A stretch of 64,000 bases of DNA from Raillietiella orientalis (Eukaryota). This document shows, piece by piece, positions 11,401 to 23,910 of this stretch (the stretch's first letter is position 1; every line of letters starts with the position of its first letter). A program made the position numbers and the translations under genes. The notes beneath the pieces are model-generated. The model did no database searches. It had not been told where the DNA came from and was given only the letters and a program-made list of their open reading frames with translations. Location: the NCBI GenBank assembly GCA_036172245.1, contig JAYWIR010000050.1:682001-746000 (forward strand). Direction: 5' to 3'.

Positions 11401-13644
11401 CTGTAGAGATGTCGTCAACCCGCCAGCTTCACTAGTCCCTCAAGAGCTCTTCGTCGCGGCGGCGCTGGCGAGGCGGAGTGAAGAGGAAAAAGGGAGCGGC
11501 AGAGGAACGTCGCCATGCCGTGTAGGACGGAGCTGCTCCCGCCTGGAGCCTCCCGGGCATAACTGTGACCATCTGTGGATCCTTTTTTTCTTTCTTCGTT
11601 TGTTCGTTTTCACCACGGAGACGGGTCTATAGGATGGAGCCAGAGGGCCACACGACTGAGAGGGCAGGTTAGGGTGGCATGGAGCGTGCGGGCAGGGGGG
11701 CCGGCATCAACCCGCAACACCGTCCGGGATGATCGCCTCGGGCCCTCCTTCCAGGGAAAAGGCGCACACTCCAGATACTAGGGGAAGAGGGGACACGCAT
11801 GTGGCACGCGACAAGCGCCAGAGGCGGCGTACACTCCGAAGATGGCAAGGGTCCTGGCCAGCTCGGTGGTCTCTGGCGCTCTTCGTCGAGTCGGCGCTGG
11901 CGATGCGGAGCAAGGAGCGGAGGAGGAGGATATTTGTCGGGAGGCGGACACTCTGTGGATGCTGCGCAGGGTCGAGGCGCGCGTGCGACAGCAGCGTGCG
12001 TGGTCCCGTAGCGCCAGTCCGCGTGTGTTGGAGTCCTGACGGTTGCGCGTCAGGGAAGGGTCGGATGGACGGTCCACGGATGGCGAGGAGCTGGCCGATT
12101 CCGAGTCCTCCGGAGGGGGACGGGTTCGCCTGGAGCCGCTGGCCCGCAGAGGGCTTCGGCGCGGCGCCCAGGACGCTCCGTATGACCTCCTAGCGCGCGA
12201 ACGCAAGCATGAGCCGCTATCTTTCTCCTCCTCCTCGCCGCCGTGACCGTCGCCGACGTCATCACGGCTGCCGCCGGCGCCTTCCCTGTAGCCGTCGTCA
12301 CCGCCTTCCTCCTCCTCCTCTTGACCGTTGGTCTTCGCGCTCCCCCAAACTGGCGCTACTGCCTTCGCCGCCATCGTCATGGTCATCATGACCGTCATCG
12401 ACGTCGGAGCATACGTTCGTGGCGTCTTTTCTTTGGTTTCTCTGCTTCACAGAGTTCGATGAGTCGCTGATCTCAAATGGACCTGAAGTTCTGATTCACG
12501 CAGCCACGGTCCTGACTTTCCCTCGACTTCCGTTTTGCCGCGCTGAGATGATTCTTCTTAGCGTGGCAGAGATACCCGGGAGGCAGGTGCTACCGTTCGA
12601 CAGCACCGTGTGCGAGGGTTGCTCTGGAGTTCATCTGCAACTCCCTGGAAAACTCTCGAGGGTGGCAGGTGGGATAGCGAGCAGCAGGTGTTTCACGCAG
12701 GGGGTGCGTGGCCACTGGACTGGGAGTTTCGGTGCCGGAGTGGAGAGTTTTTCTCAAAGGATTCTGGGCTCTTTGCTCTTTGGTGAGGCTCCTTAATGGA
12801 ATCGAGAGATGACGGTGCTGCTTCGGCAGCAAGTGGGTAAAAAGCTTAGGGCGAGGTGAAATCTTAGGGTGGCTCAGATGGGGCCAGTGTTCCGATGCGC
12901 TGTTGAATGTCGCCAGAGCGCACCGGGATTCTTTTGCGGGTGGAAGGGAAGACGATGAAAAAATGATAAAAGCACGTGCAATCGCTTCCGAAGCAACAGC
13001 ATGAAGCTCTTTCCCTCCCCCCTCCCCACTTCCCCTTCCCCATCGTGCCGCTACGCGAATGGTGCAAAGAGCACAAGAATCCTGAAGCAGTGTTATCTAC
13101 AAAAATCCAGCTTGAGGATCGATTCCATTAAGAGGGCACTGCGTTTTATGGGGCACAATACAAAACCGTGAGAGAGGAGAGCGAAATAATTAGCTTTTCC
13201 GAATTCTGAATTCTGTACGAAAAGAATGCTTCAGTGCAGATGTAATACACAAGAGAGAGTGTAGAACGATCGGGGTACAACACCGGATTGCATGTTTAAT
13301 TACTCCTCGTGTTTTTTTTATAAATACTAACAGGATCTTCTTCCTGAGTGGTTCTTGCAATCAACGGTTTATCAATGGTTTATTTATGGGGACGATCTTG
13401 ACGGGCACAAGAGCTCCGAGTTCCCTCTTCTGAAGTTCATTTCAATTTTCGATAGATGGCGCGTGAAGACCACGCACGACCACATTCCTCCGTAATCAGC
13501 GAAACGCACTTGAAGTGGTTGATTGCGGAAACTCGCGCATCAGGGAATTTGCGAGGACCTTTCCATAATTTCGTTTGCAAATTGCGCTCTCGAGTCGGAT
13601 CGAAGAACAAAGACATTTGCTCTCGCAGCCAAGGGAAACGCGCA

Positions 13645-14170
13645 CCCTTCTTTTCAGCCGGCTGGGCTGCTGCCGTGCTGGTGGCCTCCCCTCGCCGCGA
13701 ACCTGGCTCCAGCAAGTGGCGGGATGTCACCATGGCGCGGATGCAACGCCTCGCCGAGATCGTCGCAGCACCCTCCTTCAGCCCGCCTCCGGTGAAGAGG
13801 CGTCGCAGCAAGTCCAGAGCGGTTGCCTGCGGGTCGCCGCCGCAAGCCCTCCAGGGCGGCGCCGCAGGCCAGCAGTTCAGGAAGGCGGCTCTCCCGGAAA
13901 CCAGGTGGAATCGGCGCAGAAGCAGCACAGCATCCCGTTCGCCACCGGGGAGGGAACGCGGGGGTGTCCGTGCGGAGGGAAGGGACCACAAGTCCTTCGG
14001 GGGGGGGGGCACCGAGAAGCTCTCCCCACCGAAGGAGTCCCTTTGCCCGGAAGCGAGGAGTGGCGGCGTTCAGCAACTCGCTCGTCTTGCAGCCGTCCAA
14101 GGGTTTTTCGCGACTCCTGCCATGCTGCAGGACAACCCCCACCCCTTCGGCTGGCTGCTGTCATTTCTTG
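13645..14170 (-). mobile_element. Family A LINE fragment with internal deletions
   Basis: ALDLLRRLFTGGGLKEGA motif; lacks the CxxC...ESLPH segment present at ~21960-22010. Confidence 0.7.
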
Positions 14171-15084
14171 CCCTGAGGGCTTCATCCATAGGGAGGTAAA
14201 CCTCCGTCAGCATTCCAGCACGTCCGTTTCCTGCGTGCAGAGACTATATGGACGAGCGAACACGCCGGACGCCGACCTCATGAAATCGAAAAGAGCTAAA
14301 AGAGTCGCACTTGAGGATTTGCGGGGAAATACGCTGCGGCAGCGAACTTTGAACTTCATCGCGGTGCTTTCGTGCTGCAAACCTGCAGCTCCCTCAAATC
14401 GGGAGCCGAAGACCCCGCAAAAGCGGCGGACGGTCCTTTCGCCGCCGCTTTCTGGGTGCTCGCGAGAGGACAACGAACTGGGCGTTTTGAGGCCTGGGGG
14501 CCGAAAGGACCGAAAGCTTGGCCTGGAAGGTCAGCAGCTCGCGGGGCTGCCGGGTCGGTGACCGGTGGCGCGGCGGGGTCAGCGGTGCAGTGACCATCGA
14601 CTGCATCGCTTCAGGCTGCGTGCCTCCGGATCAGTTCGCCGTTCGGTCAGGGACGGGGGATGGATGACGGCCTGTGTTGGTGTGGAAATGACGTAACAAT
14701 CGAAAAGAAGATCAACATCCGTCGGGCGCAGCCTCTCAGTTCCGTTCGATTTTCGCGCTTCGCAAGAAGCTTTTCCATCCGATACCTGATGTGCAGTGTA
14801 ATGGCAATAGCAGTATCTTGAGAGATTCGAGATAGGTTTAGATTATAAACGAATAATTAACAATCTGTGATATGCTGGGGAAAGAAAGAAAGAAAATGAT
14901 AAAACTGGAAATTTCAGAAAACATATAGGGGCACTCGTTCACAGTGCAAGAGCCGCAAGAGGAGGTTGCCTGCAAGACCACTATATGATAACGGCGCTGT
15001 CACTTAAGGAAAGGGTGCAAACGTTAAATAAATTATAATTGTGCGCGGTGAATATTCCCGAAATCTTTCACTACTTTCCTGCTC

Positions 15085-15300
15085 TTTGACCACCCTCCCT
15101 GGAAAAATCTCGGGTGTCCTGCATCCTCATCTCGCGGAAGCAAGCAGGAGCGACAAGCAGTACCTTCTTGTCGTAGGTCTTCCGGATCCCGTCGTCCCCC
15201 CCTTCGGGCAGGAGTCCTCCAAAACACACCCAACAGCCCGTGCCGACTCCGATGCGCCGACGGAAGGCGAGGGAGGCTCTGCCGAAAAGAGAGGTCAAGC
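15085..15300 (-). mobile_element. Possible LINE ORF2 C-terminal remnant
   Basis: LFGRASLAF...CWV...FREMRMQD loosely parallels the other LINE C-termini in the window. Confidence 0.3.
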
Positions 15301-17064
15301 GCTGACATGGGAGGCAGAAAACTCGTCGAAGACCACGGAAACGAACCTACAATTTTTTTTTTTCTTTTTTTTTTGAGGGGGAGGGGCACAGATTCTTCAC
15401 CTGGAGGTAATTCACTTAGCAGACAATTAATCTATGGCATTCCCGGCTCTAATGAATAATTATTGATGCTTAATCGACACTACACAGATACTAGAGAGGG
15501 AAGTATTGTCTAAAAATGTATAGGTGATGGTCGTAATCGTCTTTGGACAGCATTGATGCCTGAGGGAGAAGCAAATTACGCTTCTTATCGTGCCGAAAGC
15601 AACCAATTCAACTCACTTTCAAGGAACAAACCGAACAATTTGTCTTCATCAAACGATGGAATGATTCGAACGAATAAAGGTGGACGTGGAAAAAGGCAGC
15701 TGGGTTCCTGTTGAAATCAAGGGATCCAAGGAACCCTCTGAAAGCGTTCAGGAGAACCATGGGATGGACGTGGCAGCTGTCGGCATCCCTGTGTTTTCCA
15801 GGAAATCTGCTCCCTTCCGTCAGTAGCCGGGAAACGGCACTTCCCTTTTCCAGCTCCAGATCCCGGAAGGCCGACGACACATCTGTCGTGGGCCATGAGC
15901 GAGCGGGAGTTTCGTCACAGTGAACCATGGCGTGGGTATAGGTGGTCATAAGGGTCAACATGCCCATGCATAGGGATGTATGGGTATGTTAATTCGTAAT
16001 GCATTCTTATGCAATACCTGGTATGCAGTATAAGATAATAATGATACTCAGTATAAGGGTTGTACTAATTTCTTGAGAGATTCGAGCAGATATGGCTTGA
16101 TTGGTAAAATACCCTGAATATTTGCATTATTAATAAGTAATCAACATTCCAAAAGACAAAGAGTACATAAAATGATAAAACTGAAATGTTCACAACGTTA
16201 AAAGAAAATTAGTTTGTGATGTATGTATATATTTGTTTGTATATAGATGTTTGTATATATATATTGAAACCCACAAACTAATTTTCTAACCACTATTCTA
16301 TTTCTAACCACAAACTAATTATATATATATATATATATATGAAAGCCGATAAACCATAATAATTTGGCAGTATTTGTATATATGGTGTAATAAGAACAGC
16401 ACAATTTAGTGTACATATATATATATGTGTGTGTTCTTATTAAGCTTTACATACAGTTTACTAAGAATGGGGTCATTTTGAATCCGACTGTATGCAATGG
16501 TGGGCGGGCGGCCAATTTCCCGAATCCAACGTCGGGCAGCAAAGGGAAGGTGAGGACTGGGAAAAAGCCTGCTGCTGTCTCCGTTTCTCTTGTTCGAGAA
16601 AATTCTCCGGGAGCAGAGCGTGCGCGTCAGGGTTAGGAGAAGACATGAAAGGCCCTTTGATTCCTTGCATCCCAAATTGCATTCTTCTGGAAGCGAAGGA
16701 ATCAATCGGTTCATTTGCTGCTGCTGCGCTTTGAAGATGGAGCTGGTCCCAAACGAAGAGCGACGTGATGTTTCGCTTCAGGCAGTCGGGGAGCTTCAGC
16801 AGCTGCTACGTGAGTGGGTCCGTCGTCACCGGGTCAGCTCTTTGATGTTTCATCTGCCACGCTGCACGAATCGCATGTTGATCAGCAGCAAGCGAGCCAT
16901 TTCATTCCTCTGCTGCAGCCGCATGAACTGCAGCAAGATCTCTTGGGGTTTGCACGGAACAAAAATGGCAGCACGCTGGTTGTTGAGGGGGTGCAAAATC
17001 GCAAGAAAGGGTTCGCGAGTCTGAGGGGAAATGGCTGGACATACACCCCAGGAGGATGTGCCTC

Positions 17065-17320
17065 GGGGTTCCCGGCATCCGACCCCTTGACTCCCTCCCA
17101 TGTGTGTGGACACCTCCGTGTTCCCGCCCCGGTGGCAAGGGGATGCTCTGCCGCTTCTGCGCCGATCCCACCTGGTTTCCGGGAGAACCGCCTCCCCGAA
17201 CTGCTGGCCTGCGGCGCCGGCCTGGAGGGCTTGCGGCGGCGACCCGCAGGCAGCAGCTCTGGACTTGCAGCGACGCCTCTTCACCGGAGGCGGACTGAGC
17301 AAGGATGCTGCAATGATTTC
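17065..17320 (+). mobile_element. Family A LINE fragment with the same deletions as 13645-14170
   Basis: gaactgctggcctgcggcgcc...gcggcggcgacccgcagg is nearly identical to the reverse complement of ~13790-13900. Confidence 0.7.
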
Positions 17321-17479
17321 ACACCCGGGTGCGCTCTCTCTTAGAGGAATCAATGAAGCCAAAAGGATCACCGATTCCAATTATTACACTAAAAAAAGGG
17401 GGAGACCGGCGAGGTCCACCACGTTCACGAATGGAAAGGCGGATAAAACAGAAAATAGAAAAAAAAAAAGAAACAGACT

Positions 17480-17695
17480 ATAACGAACAATAAAAACTAA
17501 CGAAAAAAAAAAAAAAGATCAACTGGGGGGAAGGGAAGGGATCACATTTCGTGGTGGGTGAGGCCTCTGCATCCGTTGAAGGATGCTGGCGAGCTCCTCC
17601 TTCTCTCTTTCCAGGTAGGGCAACCTCAAAGCTATCTGCAGGAAGCGGATGGCATGCAGGACAGCCCCCCCGCCACTCTGACCTCTCTCTCGGGG
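17480..17695 (-). mobile_element. Family B-like LINE 3' end
   Basis: EELASILQRMQRP followed by gtgatcccttccc matches the ends near 23560-23625 and 10010-10080. Confidence 0.55.
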
Positions 17696-17696
17696 T

Positions 17697-18087
17697 CGCA
17701 CTTTGCCGCGACTGCCCGCACGTTCCAGACAATCCAGGAATTCAAATGGGAGCTTTTTAACATCACCCACCTCCCAGTCCTGCCCAGTGGCTACCACGCC
17801 TTCCTTCCGGCGCCTCCAGGAGTGGCTCAACCACTCGATGGGGGAAGGTGAGGAGTGGAAAGCGGCAGTGCTGCTGAAGTGGATGAACTACCAGGCGGAG
17901 GAATTCCCTGCAGACGGTTTCGAAAAGCTTCTTCTACGGTGGCAGAAGTGTTTGCAAAAGAATGGCGACTACGTGGAAAAACGACACGGGGATGCGCGTG
18001 TTCATAGCCACCGCCAATGCATTTCTGCTTCTCTTATTCGTTCTTTATATTCTTCTATCCTCCCTCACTTTTGAAATGAGCCTCGTA
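17697..18087 (+). mobile_element. Decayed mariner (Tc1/mariner) transposon: transposase C-terminus and right TIR
   Basis: Frameshifted FKWELF...LPSGYHAF (degenerate WExLxHPPYSPDLAPSDYHLF) and DGFEKLLLRWQKCLQKNGDYVEK. The terminus cttttgaaatgagcctcg-TA resembles a mariner TIR plus TA target. Confidence 0.85.
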
Positions 18088-18094
18088 GACAGAA

Positions 18095-18350
18095 TCGTTC
18101 AAACTGAATAGAAATCAGCCAAACGCTAGAAGCTTCTTTCACTTTAAGATACATTCTAATTTCTTTAGCCTTTCGTTTCAGGATGAAATATAATAGATAT
18201 TGTACAGCTATGACGTTTAAGGTACATTTTACATCTTTGATGAGCATAGTCATATCATCCACGTACACGAGAGGTCTGCTGTACTTTGATTCCAGATGCG
18301 TACGAGAGAGACCTCTCTAGAAGTTGCTGCCAGGCAATCGATACTCAGCC
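18095..18350 (-). mobile_element. Non-LTR reverse transcriptase fragment
   Basis: PLVYVDDMTMLIKD (YxDD catalytic motif) followed by KEAS. Confidence 0.6.
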
Positions 18351-18869
18351 CATCTTTTCAAGAGGGAGGAATGGGGCTGCTCCTTTCTTTTTGTTGCTTT
18401 CGTTTCCATTTCTTCTTTTTTATTTTTGCAAGAAAGTAGATAAGTGACATCGTACAAACGGGAGTCTTCAGAGTGGGGGATGGGGCTGACCTTTCAGCGG
18501 GGTCCAACACGCCAGCGCCAAGCCAACAGCAAAGCCGAGTGCGCTTTCTCCAGGCTTGCATGTCTTCCGTGTCTCCTCTGCGTTGCCCGTGGGTGTCCTC
18601 CCCCCGAATCTTTCAGAACTGCCGAATCCACCCTACAAGATCTGAAAATTAGGGCGACCCTAATTCGCCCGATTCCGGATTGCTGGATCCCGAGGGGAAT
18701 CGACCAAACGCTGCTGCTGCTGCACCACGGGGGCGAGCTGTGCCATCTCCAGCCCGTTGCCTTCCGATCTTCCCGTGCACTTCCCAATGCATCCGAGCTC
18801 GTTCGCCGGGAGGGAAGGAGAGGACGGGAAAGAGAGGGGGTGGGCGGGTGGACAACTTGAAAATGTGGT

Positions 18870-19260
18870 GGTGGCGAACCAGGAGGCCGCCACCCGGTCC
18901 GGTCGAGTCCACGAAAGAATTCGTGGACTTCGATGTCTCACGTGCGGGCAGGCAAGGAAGGGTGAGAGAGGCAGCAGCAATGCTCTCTCACTCCGTGTGG
19001 TGATTCCATCGGCAACGGGGGGAATCTCTGCTTTTGAGCTCTTTAATTATGCATTTTTTCTCCCTTCTTCCTCCTCCTCCTCTACACGGCTCGTTGCATC
19101 GGTGCATGCAGGCAGCATTCGTTTCGGAGGCCGAAACGAAACGAATCATCGAATTTTCACGTTTTATCATTACGAAAGAAAGCAAATCGAATCTGCTGGA
19201 TGTTCGGAAAGGAAGTTCTTTCTCCAAAGCAGGAACGGAAAAGACGGTCGCCGGATCCTT
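18870..19260 (+). mobile_element. Possible LINE ORF1 zinc-knuckle / ORF2 start remnant
   Basis: LRCLTCGQ followed by a weakly APE-like segment. Confidence 0.25.
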
Positions 19261-20499
19261 TAAGGAGCGGCAAGGCTTCGTTCCGGTGGACGAAGAGAGC
19301 GTTCGCCCGCAGCAACTCGCAACGCCAGCTGAGTCACTCTTCTGCGGAGATGCGCTCTCGCATTACTTCCTCTTCCCTCTTCTTTCTTTTTCTTTTTCTC
19401 CTGCATGCTTTGCAGCTCCCCTGCGACCAATGGGGACAGAGTGCCCAACGATTCCCGAGTCTGCTCTTCCAGAAGGAAGCAGAGAACAGGAAGCGTCTCC
19501 GAATTTCCCCCCTGTCCGATTCGCGGTGGGGAGGACGAATCGGTCCAGAAACAGAACAGAGAAACGAGCTAACAAGGCGCTGCTGCCACGGGCAACGTCG
19601 AGCGTGCTTGTTTTCGGAGTCGCAGGTAGGACACGCGTCTCGCAGGTGCGGGGAGGGTAGAAGAAGCTCGGGGAGATTCAGAGCACCGCGTTTTGCACCA
19701 GGGGGTCTTGCGGCGAGGGAAGTGCCCGCTTCGTGAAGTTTCCGGAGGGCGTAGCCGGACTGAGGAAGAGTCCCCTCTTCCTTAGTCACGGATTCCCATT
19801 TTGTTTCCTCAGCAAACCCATTTAAAGGTCTGTTGCTGTCAGTTCTCCGGGAGACGAAGCATCGAGGCAGTTTCGTGAAGCGGGGTGTTTCAGAGCCGGC
19901 ATGAGTAAAATGGTCAGCCTCCTACTCAGGGACCACTGGCTGGCTCCCTCCGTCACAGCGTGAAGGTGAGCGCGTGAAGCGGGCCGGGTGAAGGCGGAGG
20001 GGGCATTCGCCGTCGCCGGTCACTAGTCGACGGGTCACGCGGGGCGCGCGCAGGCGAGACGACGTGCTGCCGCTGGGCGCGCGAATGCCGGAGCCGTCCC
20101 AGCGTCACTCTCACAGTGGGGATCGAGACTCACGACGCACCCAACAAGGCGACGACCCCCTTCAAGGCAGTCCGACTGGATCTGAGTGAGAATCCCCACG
20201 CGTAGGCACTTCAAGTGCTTCTGCGTTCCGTCGGGAGACTTCTGCGTCGAGGAAGCGCGGTCGGGCTGTTTTGGGAAAGGCCGAGACGGTTCTCGAACCG
20301 TTCCTCGATGGCAAGTTCATCTTGCCTCAACGGACCACGATCTGGAACACTTTCGTGACCCTCCTTCTTCTTCGTCCCTATCCCCCCCCCCCCCAGCCAT
20401 CCTCGCCTTCTATTCGACGAGGATCCGCACGCAGCGTCTTTTAAGGAAAGCCCTGTGGGGGCGCTGCAAGGTCCCGGTCCGCCTAAAACACACCGCGAA

Positions 20500-20940
20500 G
20501 CCCCGGCTAGGACATCCTGACTTTAGAAAAAATCGAATTCCAGGTGCGCTACGCGCCAAATCGAGGACTGTCCGTGGTGTATTCCCGTGCACCTCCTCCT
20601 CCGGCATTGCACTGGCAGCGAAGGGCAACTCCCGTTGCTACCGTGAGGGAAGAAAGGGGTTCCGCTTCCCGCGGAGGCGGCCAGTCTCACTTTTGGAAGG
20701 CCACCTGTGGACCTCCCGCCGCTGCAGGAACCAGAAGGCCTGGCGGCAGGGGGTAGAGAAGAAATGGGCCTCCCCATCGGAAGTACACCCAGAAATACTC
20801 CATCCTTTGTGGGACTCTCTCCTCATCTCCCGTGTCCGCTCGGAGTGTCCTGCAAAACTGGACGAAGTGTTCCCGACAGGTCGCGGCTCTTTTTGCCGCA
20901 GCGCTGCCTGCCCTGAGGGGAGTTCGTCTTTTTTCCCGCA
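20500..20940 (-). mobile_element. LINE RT C-terminal remnant
   Basis: MEYFWVYF resembles the K/EYLGVxF motif of the RT thumb region. Confidence 0.35.
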
Positions 20941-20959
20941 CCACTGTGGGAGCTCCCGG

Positions 20960-21400
20960 GCAGCTGGAAGACGCGCGGGTTTTCGAACGGCGCCGCTGCT
21001 CGGCCTCGGGCGAAGCGGCCCCTTCGGAGAAGCTGACTCTTCGAGTGCGCTCCCCTCTCTTCCCCGAGGGAGTTGCGGGGCCTCCTTGGTGTGTGGGCAC
21101 TTCGGTGCTCCTGTTGCGCTGGAGACAGGGCGCCCCGCCTCCCCGAGCTGTCCCTGGCGCCGGACGGTCGAATCTCCTGTGCGCCTCTCAGCTAGCTGTG
21201 ATGGTCCGGGGGAACCGTCGCGGAGGCCGCCGTCTTCACCGCCCTATGCGGGGAGGACGCCGTCATGGACGTTCTGCGGCGATTCTTCGCGCGAGGAGGA
21301 CTCTCGGCTGACGCAAAGATCGCAAGGGCGAACGGCCGCATCCGCTTCATCGTCGCAGCCCGTGGCGTGCGGGAGTCTCGGACGCGGTGAAGGGAGGCGC
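20960..21400 (+). mobile_element. L1/Tx1-clade LINE zf-RVT fragment
   Basis: SPSCPWRRTVES...C and DVLRRFFARGGL; ~120 bp is highly similar to 25045-25200. Confidence 0.6.
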
Positions 21401-21449
21401 CACCCGCAAGAGGCCGGCTGCGAGGTGGCCTCACGTGCGAGAAGTCATT

Positions 21450-22835
21450 TGTTACCCGGTTGCTTCGGGACGTTTATTAATAAGAAATCATCTGGGAACA
21501 CAGTTCCCAGGCAAGGGGAGCAGAAGTTGAGGAGGAGCGTTTCCCGACACGCAGGTCGGGCATACTGAGAGCTCGGAACGTCAGGAAGGGGACAATAAAC
21601 AAATACAAATAGTGGGGCGGGTAGGGACAGAGCTCTGCAGTTTCAGCCATTCCTATTCTCAGAACCGGCGATGAATGCCGGCAATCTCCGTCCTCACTTC
21701 TTCGTCAAGATGTGGCCACCCAGCAGCCAGTTGCAGATGGCAGCCTGCACTGTCGGGGACCGATGTGGGGACCGCTCGCAGCTGCAACACGTGGTGGGTC
21801 CTGGCAATGGCGCGAACGCAGCAGATGATTGAGACGACCGCTCCCAGAGAAAGACCGCCACGCGTGAAGAAGCGGCGCATCCAGTCCATCGCGGTGCCCC
21901 ACGGATGCAGGAGCACTGAAGGCAGCAGCTCCTGGAGGGCACCGCATTCGAATAGCAGGTGCGGGAGCGATTCCACCAATCCGCATTTTGCACAGTTCGG
22001 GGACGAGACTCCCCCGGAAACCAGGTGCGCGCGCTGGTTGCAATACAGACCCCAATGCACCAGCAGAAAAAAGTCCTGCTTCCACCGAAGGGGAACACAG
22101 TCGCGTCCAAGCACGGGGAAGGAACCACAAGTTCTTCGGCGGGCACCCCGAGGAGCTCGCTCCAGCGGAGAAGTCCCTTGGCACGAATGCGAGGCATGGC
22201 AGCGTCTGCCAGCTAGCTGGTCCTCCAGCCGCCCAGAGGTCGGGTTTCGCCTGCGATAGCGCAGGCGACCTGCCACCTTGCCGGTAGGCAACTGTCTTCT
22301 CGTGCCCTTAGGGCAGACAGCGCTTCGGCGAGGGGCGTAGCGGCCAGGCGAGTCCACTTGTCCTGGTCTTGCATCACCTCCCCCACTGGACAGTATGGGG
22401 AAAGGTTCACGCAACGGAGTTCCAAACGGGACACATCCTGTTGCGCTGCCCAGGACGATGGGGATTTCTGCCGCCGCCAGGCGTTGAAGTTCGTCGGCCG
22501 GCAAGAGATCCACGAATGCGTTCCCAGGAGCGAGGCGAGCTGCCTCAGCGGGAAGCCGAATCCTCTCGTGGTACACTCCGTATGCGGGTGCAATGCAAGC
22601 AGTCCGTGGCCCCCCGTGCAGCGCCGCAGCAGCAGCCGTGCGGGAGCACACCAGGGAGTCGTCCAAAGCTGGGCACAAAGTGCGAAACTACACGAGCAGT
22701 ACGATCCGCTCCAGCGTCAGGATGCCCAAGCCGGCATCCCACCGAGGAGACGCCAAGTCCTTGAGGCGGATGCTGGACCTCGCCGGTCCCCACAAAGCGT
22801 TCCGCAATAGGTGTTTCGCCCGGAGCTTGGCTGAG
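21450..22835 (-). mobile_element. Longest family A L1/Tx1-clade LINE 3' fragment (~1.4 kb)
   Basis: NALWGPARSSIRLKDLASPRWDAGLG (FLW...P...GGLG motif) and zf-RVT SPNCAKCGLVESLPHLLFECGAL, with stop at 21659, a 3' UTR, and the AATAAA+hairpin end at 21450-21479. Confidence 0.88.
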
Positions 22836-22904
22836 TAGGGAAGGGGACAAACAAAAAAGAGGGGACGGAGGAGGGGGGCAATGAAAATGTTCCACACGAA
22901 GGCC

Positions 22905-23236
22905 CGCTCCTGCAGGACGAACCTGCGACCTTGGAACTGGCCCAGAGCAGTCTCGGCCTTGTGAAGGCAGTCTGACGGCGCTTCTGCTGGACGGAAGTCG
23001 TGGAGGAGATTGCCGGCGTCGGGCGCCGGTAGTACCAAAAGACACCTGACCTTTTGGTTCTTTATTAATTGTCCCCTCCTGCCTATTGAATGATTTGTTT
23101 TTTTTATCCTCCGTGTCGGAGGAGCCTCCCCACGAATTCATTTTTTTTTCCCCGTGTTTTTGTTTCGAGGACTGAGTTCCCTGCTTGTTTGCTTTGCTTA
23201 CTTTTTCAAATAACACCCCGGCGTTGACCGGCAGTA
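22905..23236 (+). mobile_element. Family A LINE extreme 3' end
   Basis: EVVEEIAGVGRR matches EVRTEIAGIHRR; T-rich UTR; degenerate AATAA+hairpin end. Confidence 0.6.
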
Positions 23237-23239
23237 CGT

Positions 23240-23910
23240 AAAACCCTCTTTCCCCACTCCTGTGCGAGACAAGAGGGAGTGCAACCCCACACTGTGCCAG
23301 GTGCAGGGAACGGGAAATCTTCCCCGTACCTGTTGCTGGATGCGTTGCCCTCCTGGGTGTCCGAGAACGCTTCTCTCCCGATGGACAACGGAAGAGGGGT
23401 TTCGCGGCGCCTCTTCGCGCGCGACTCGATGTCGCCTGCGGGTTCGTGGGATCGTGGCATCAGGAAGCCGCTCCGGAAGAGGCCAGTCAAACGGTGAGGT
23501 CTACTCCTTCATGAGGAAGGCGACAAGATAACGGCATCTCTAGCAACAAGAGGAGGAAGTTGCCAACATCCTCCAGAGGATGCTGAGGACGCCAGGAAGA
23601 AATCTGTGATCCCTTGCCTTCCTCCCCCCCTAAGCATTTACAAACCAAACTTTTTTGTGTATATGTCTGTGTGTGTGTGTATGTTTTTTGTTTTTGTTCA
23701 CCCCTTCCCCCACTCCTCCTGTGCGGACCTCATCAGGGGCGCTGCTGGCGAGAAGCGGGGTGCCTCCGAGGCGGCATCTCCTTCCTAGTGACGATGTGAA
23801 GCCACCATGAAGAAGAATGACATTTTTTTTAAAATATTTTACATGACTCTTTTTTTCTGTGCATATTTTTTTTTTTTTTGCAATGAACGCCCCGGAGCGA
23901 CCTGGCGAAA
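23240..23910 (+). mobile_element. Family B-like LINE 3' fragment
   Basis: cacactgtgccaggtgcagggaacgggaa matches 9675-9710 (zinc finger); RRLFARD; ends caatgaacgccccggagcgacctgg. Confidence 0.65.

Noticed and set aside
16457..16549. 93-nt AG...GT-bounded exon candidate
   Set aside because: The splice sites are plausible, but there are no partner exons or recognisable peptide.
20186..21568. 460-aa ORF as a gene
   Set aside because: It is a chance open frame across several adjoining TE fragments in GC-rich DNA.
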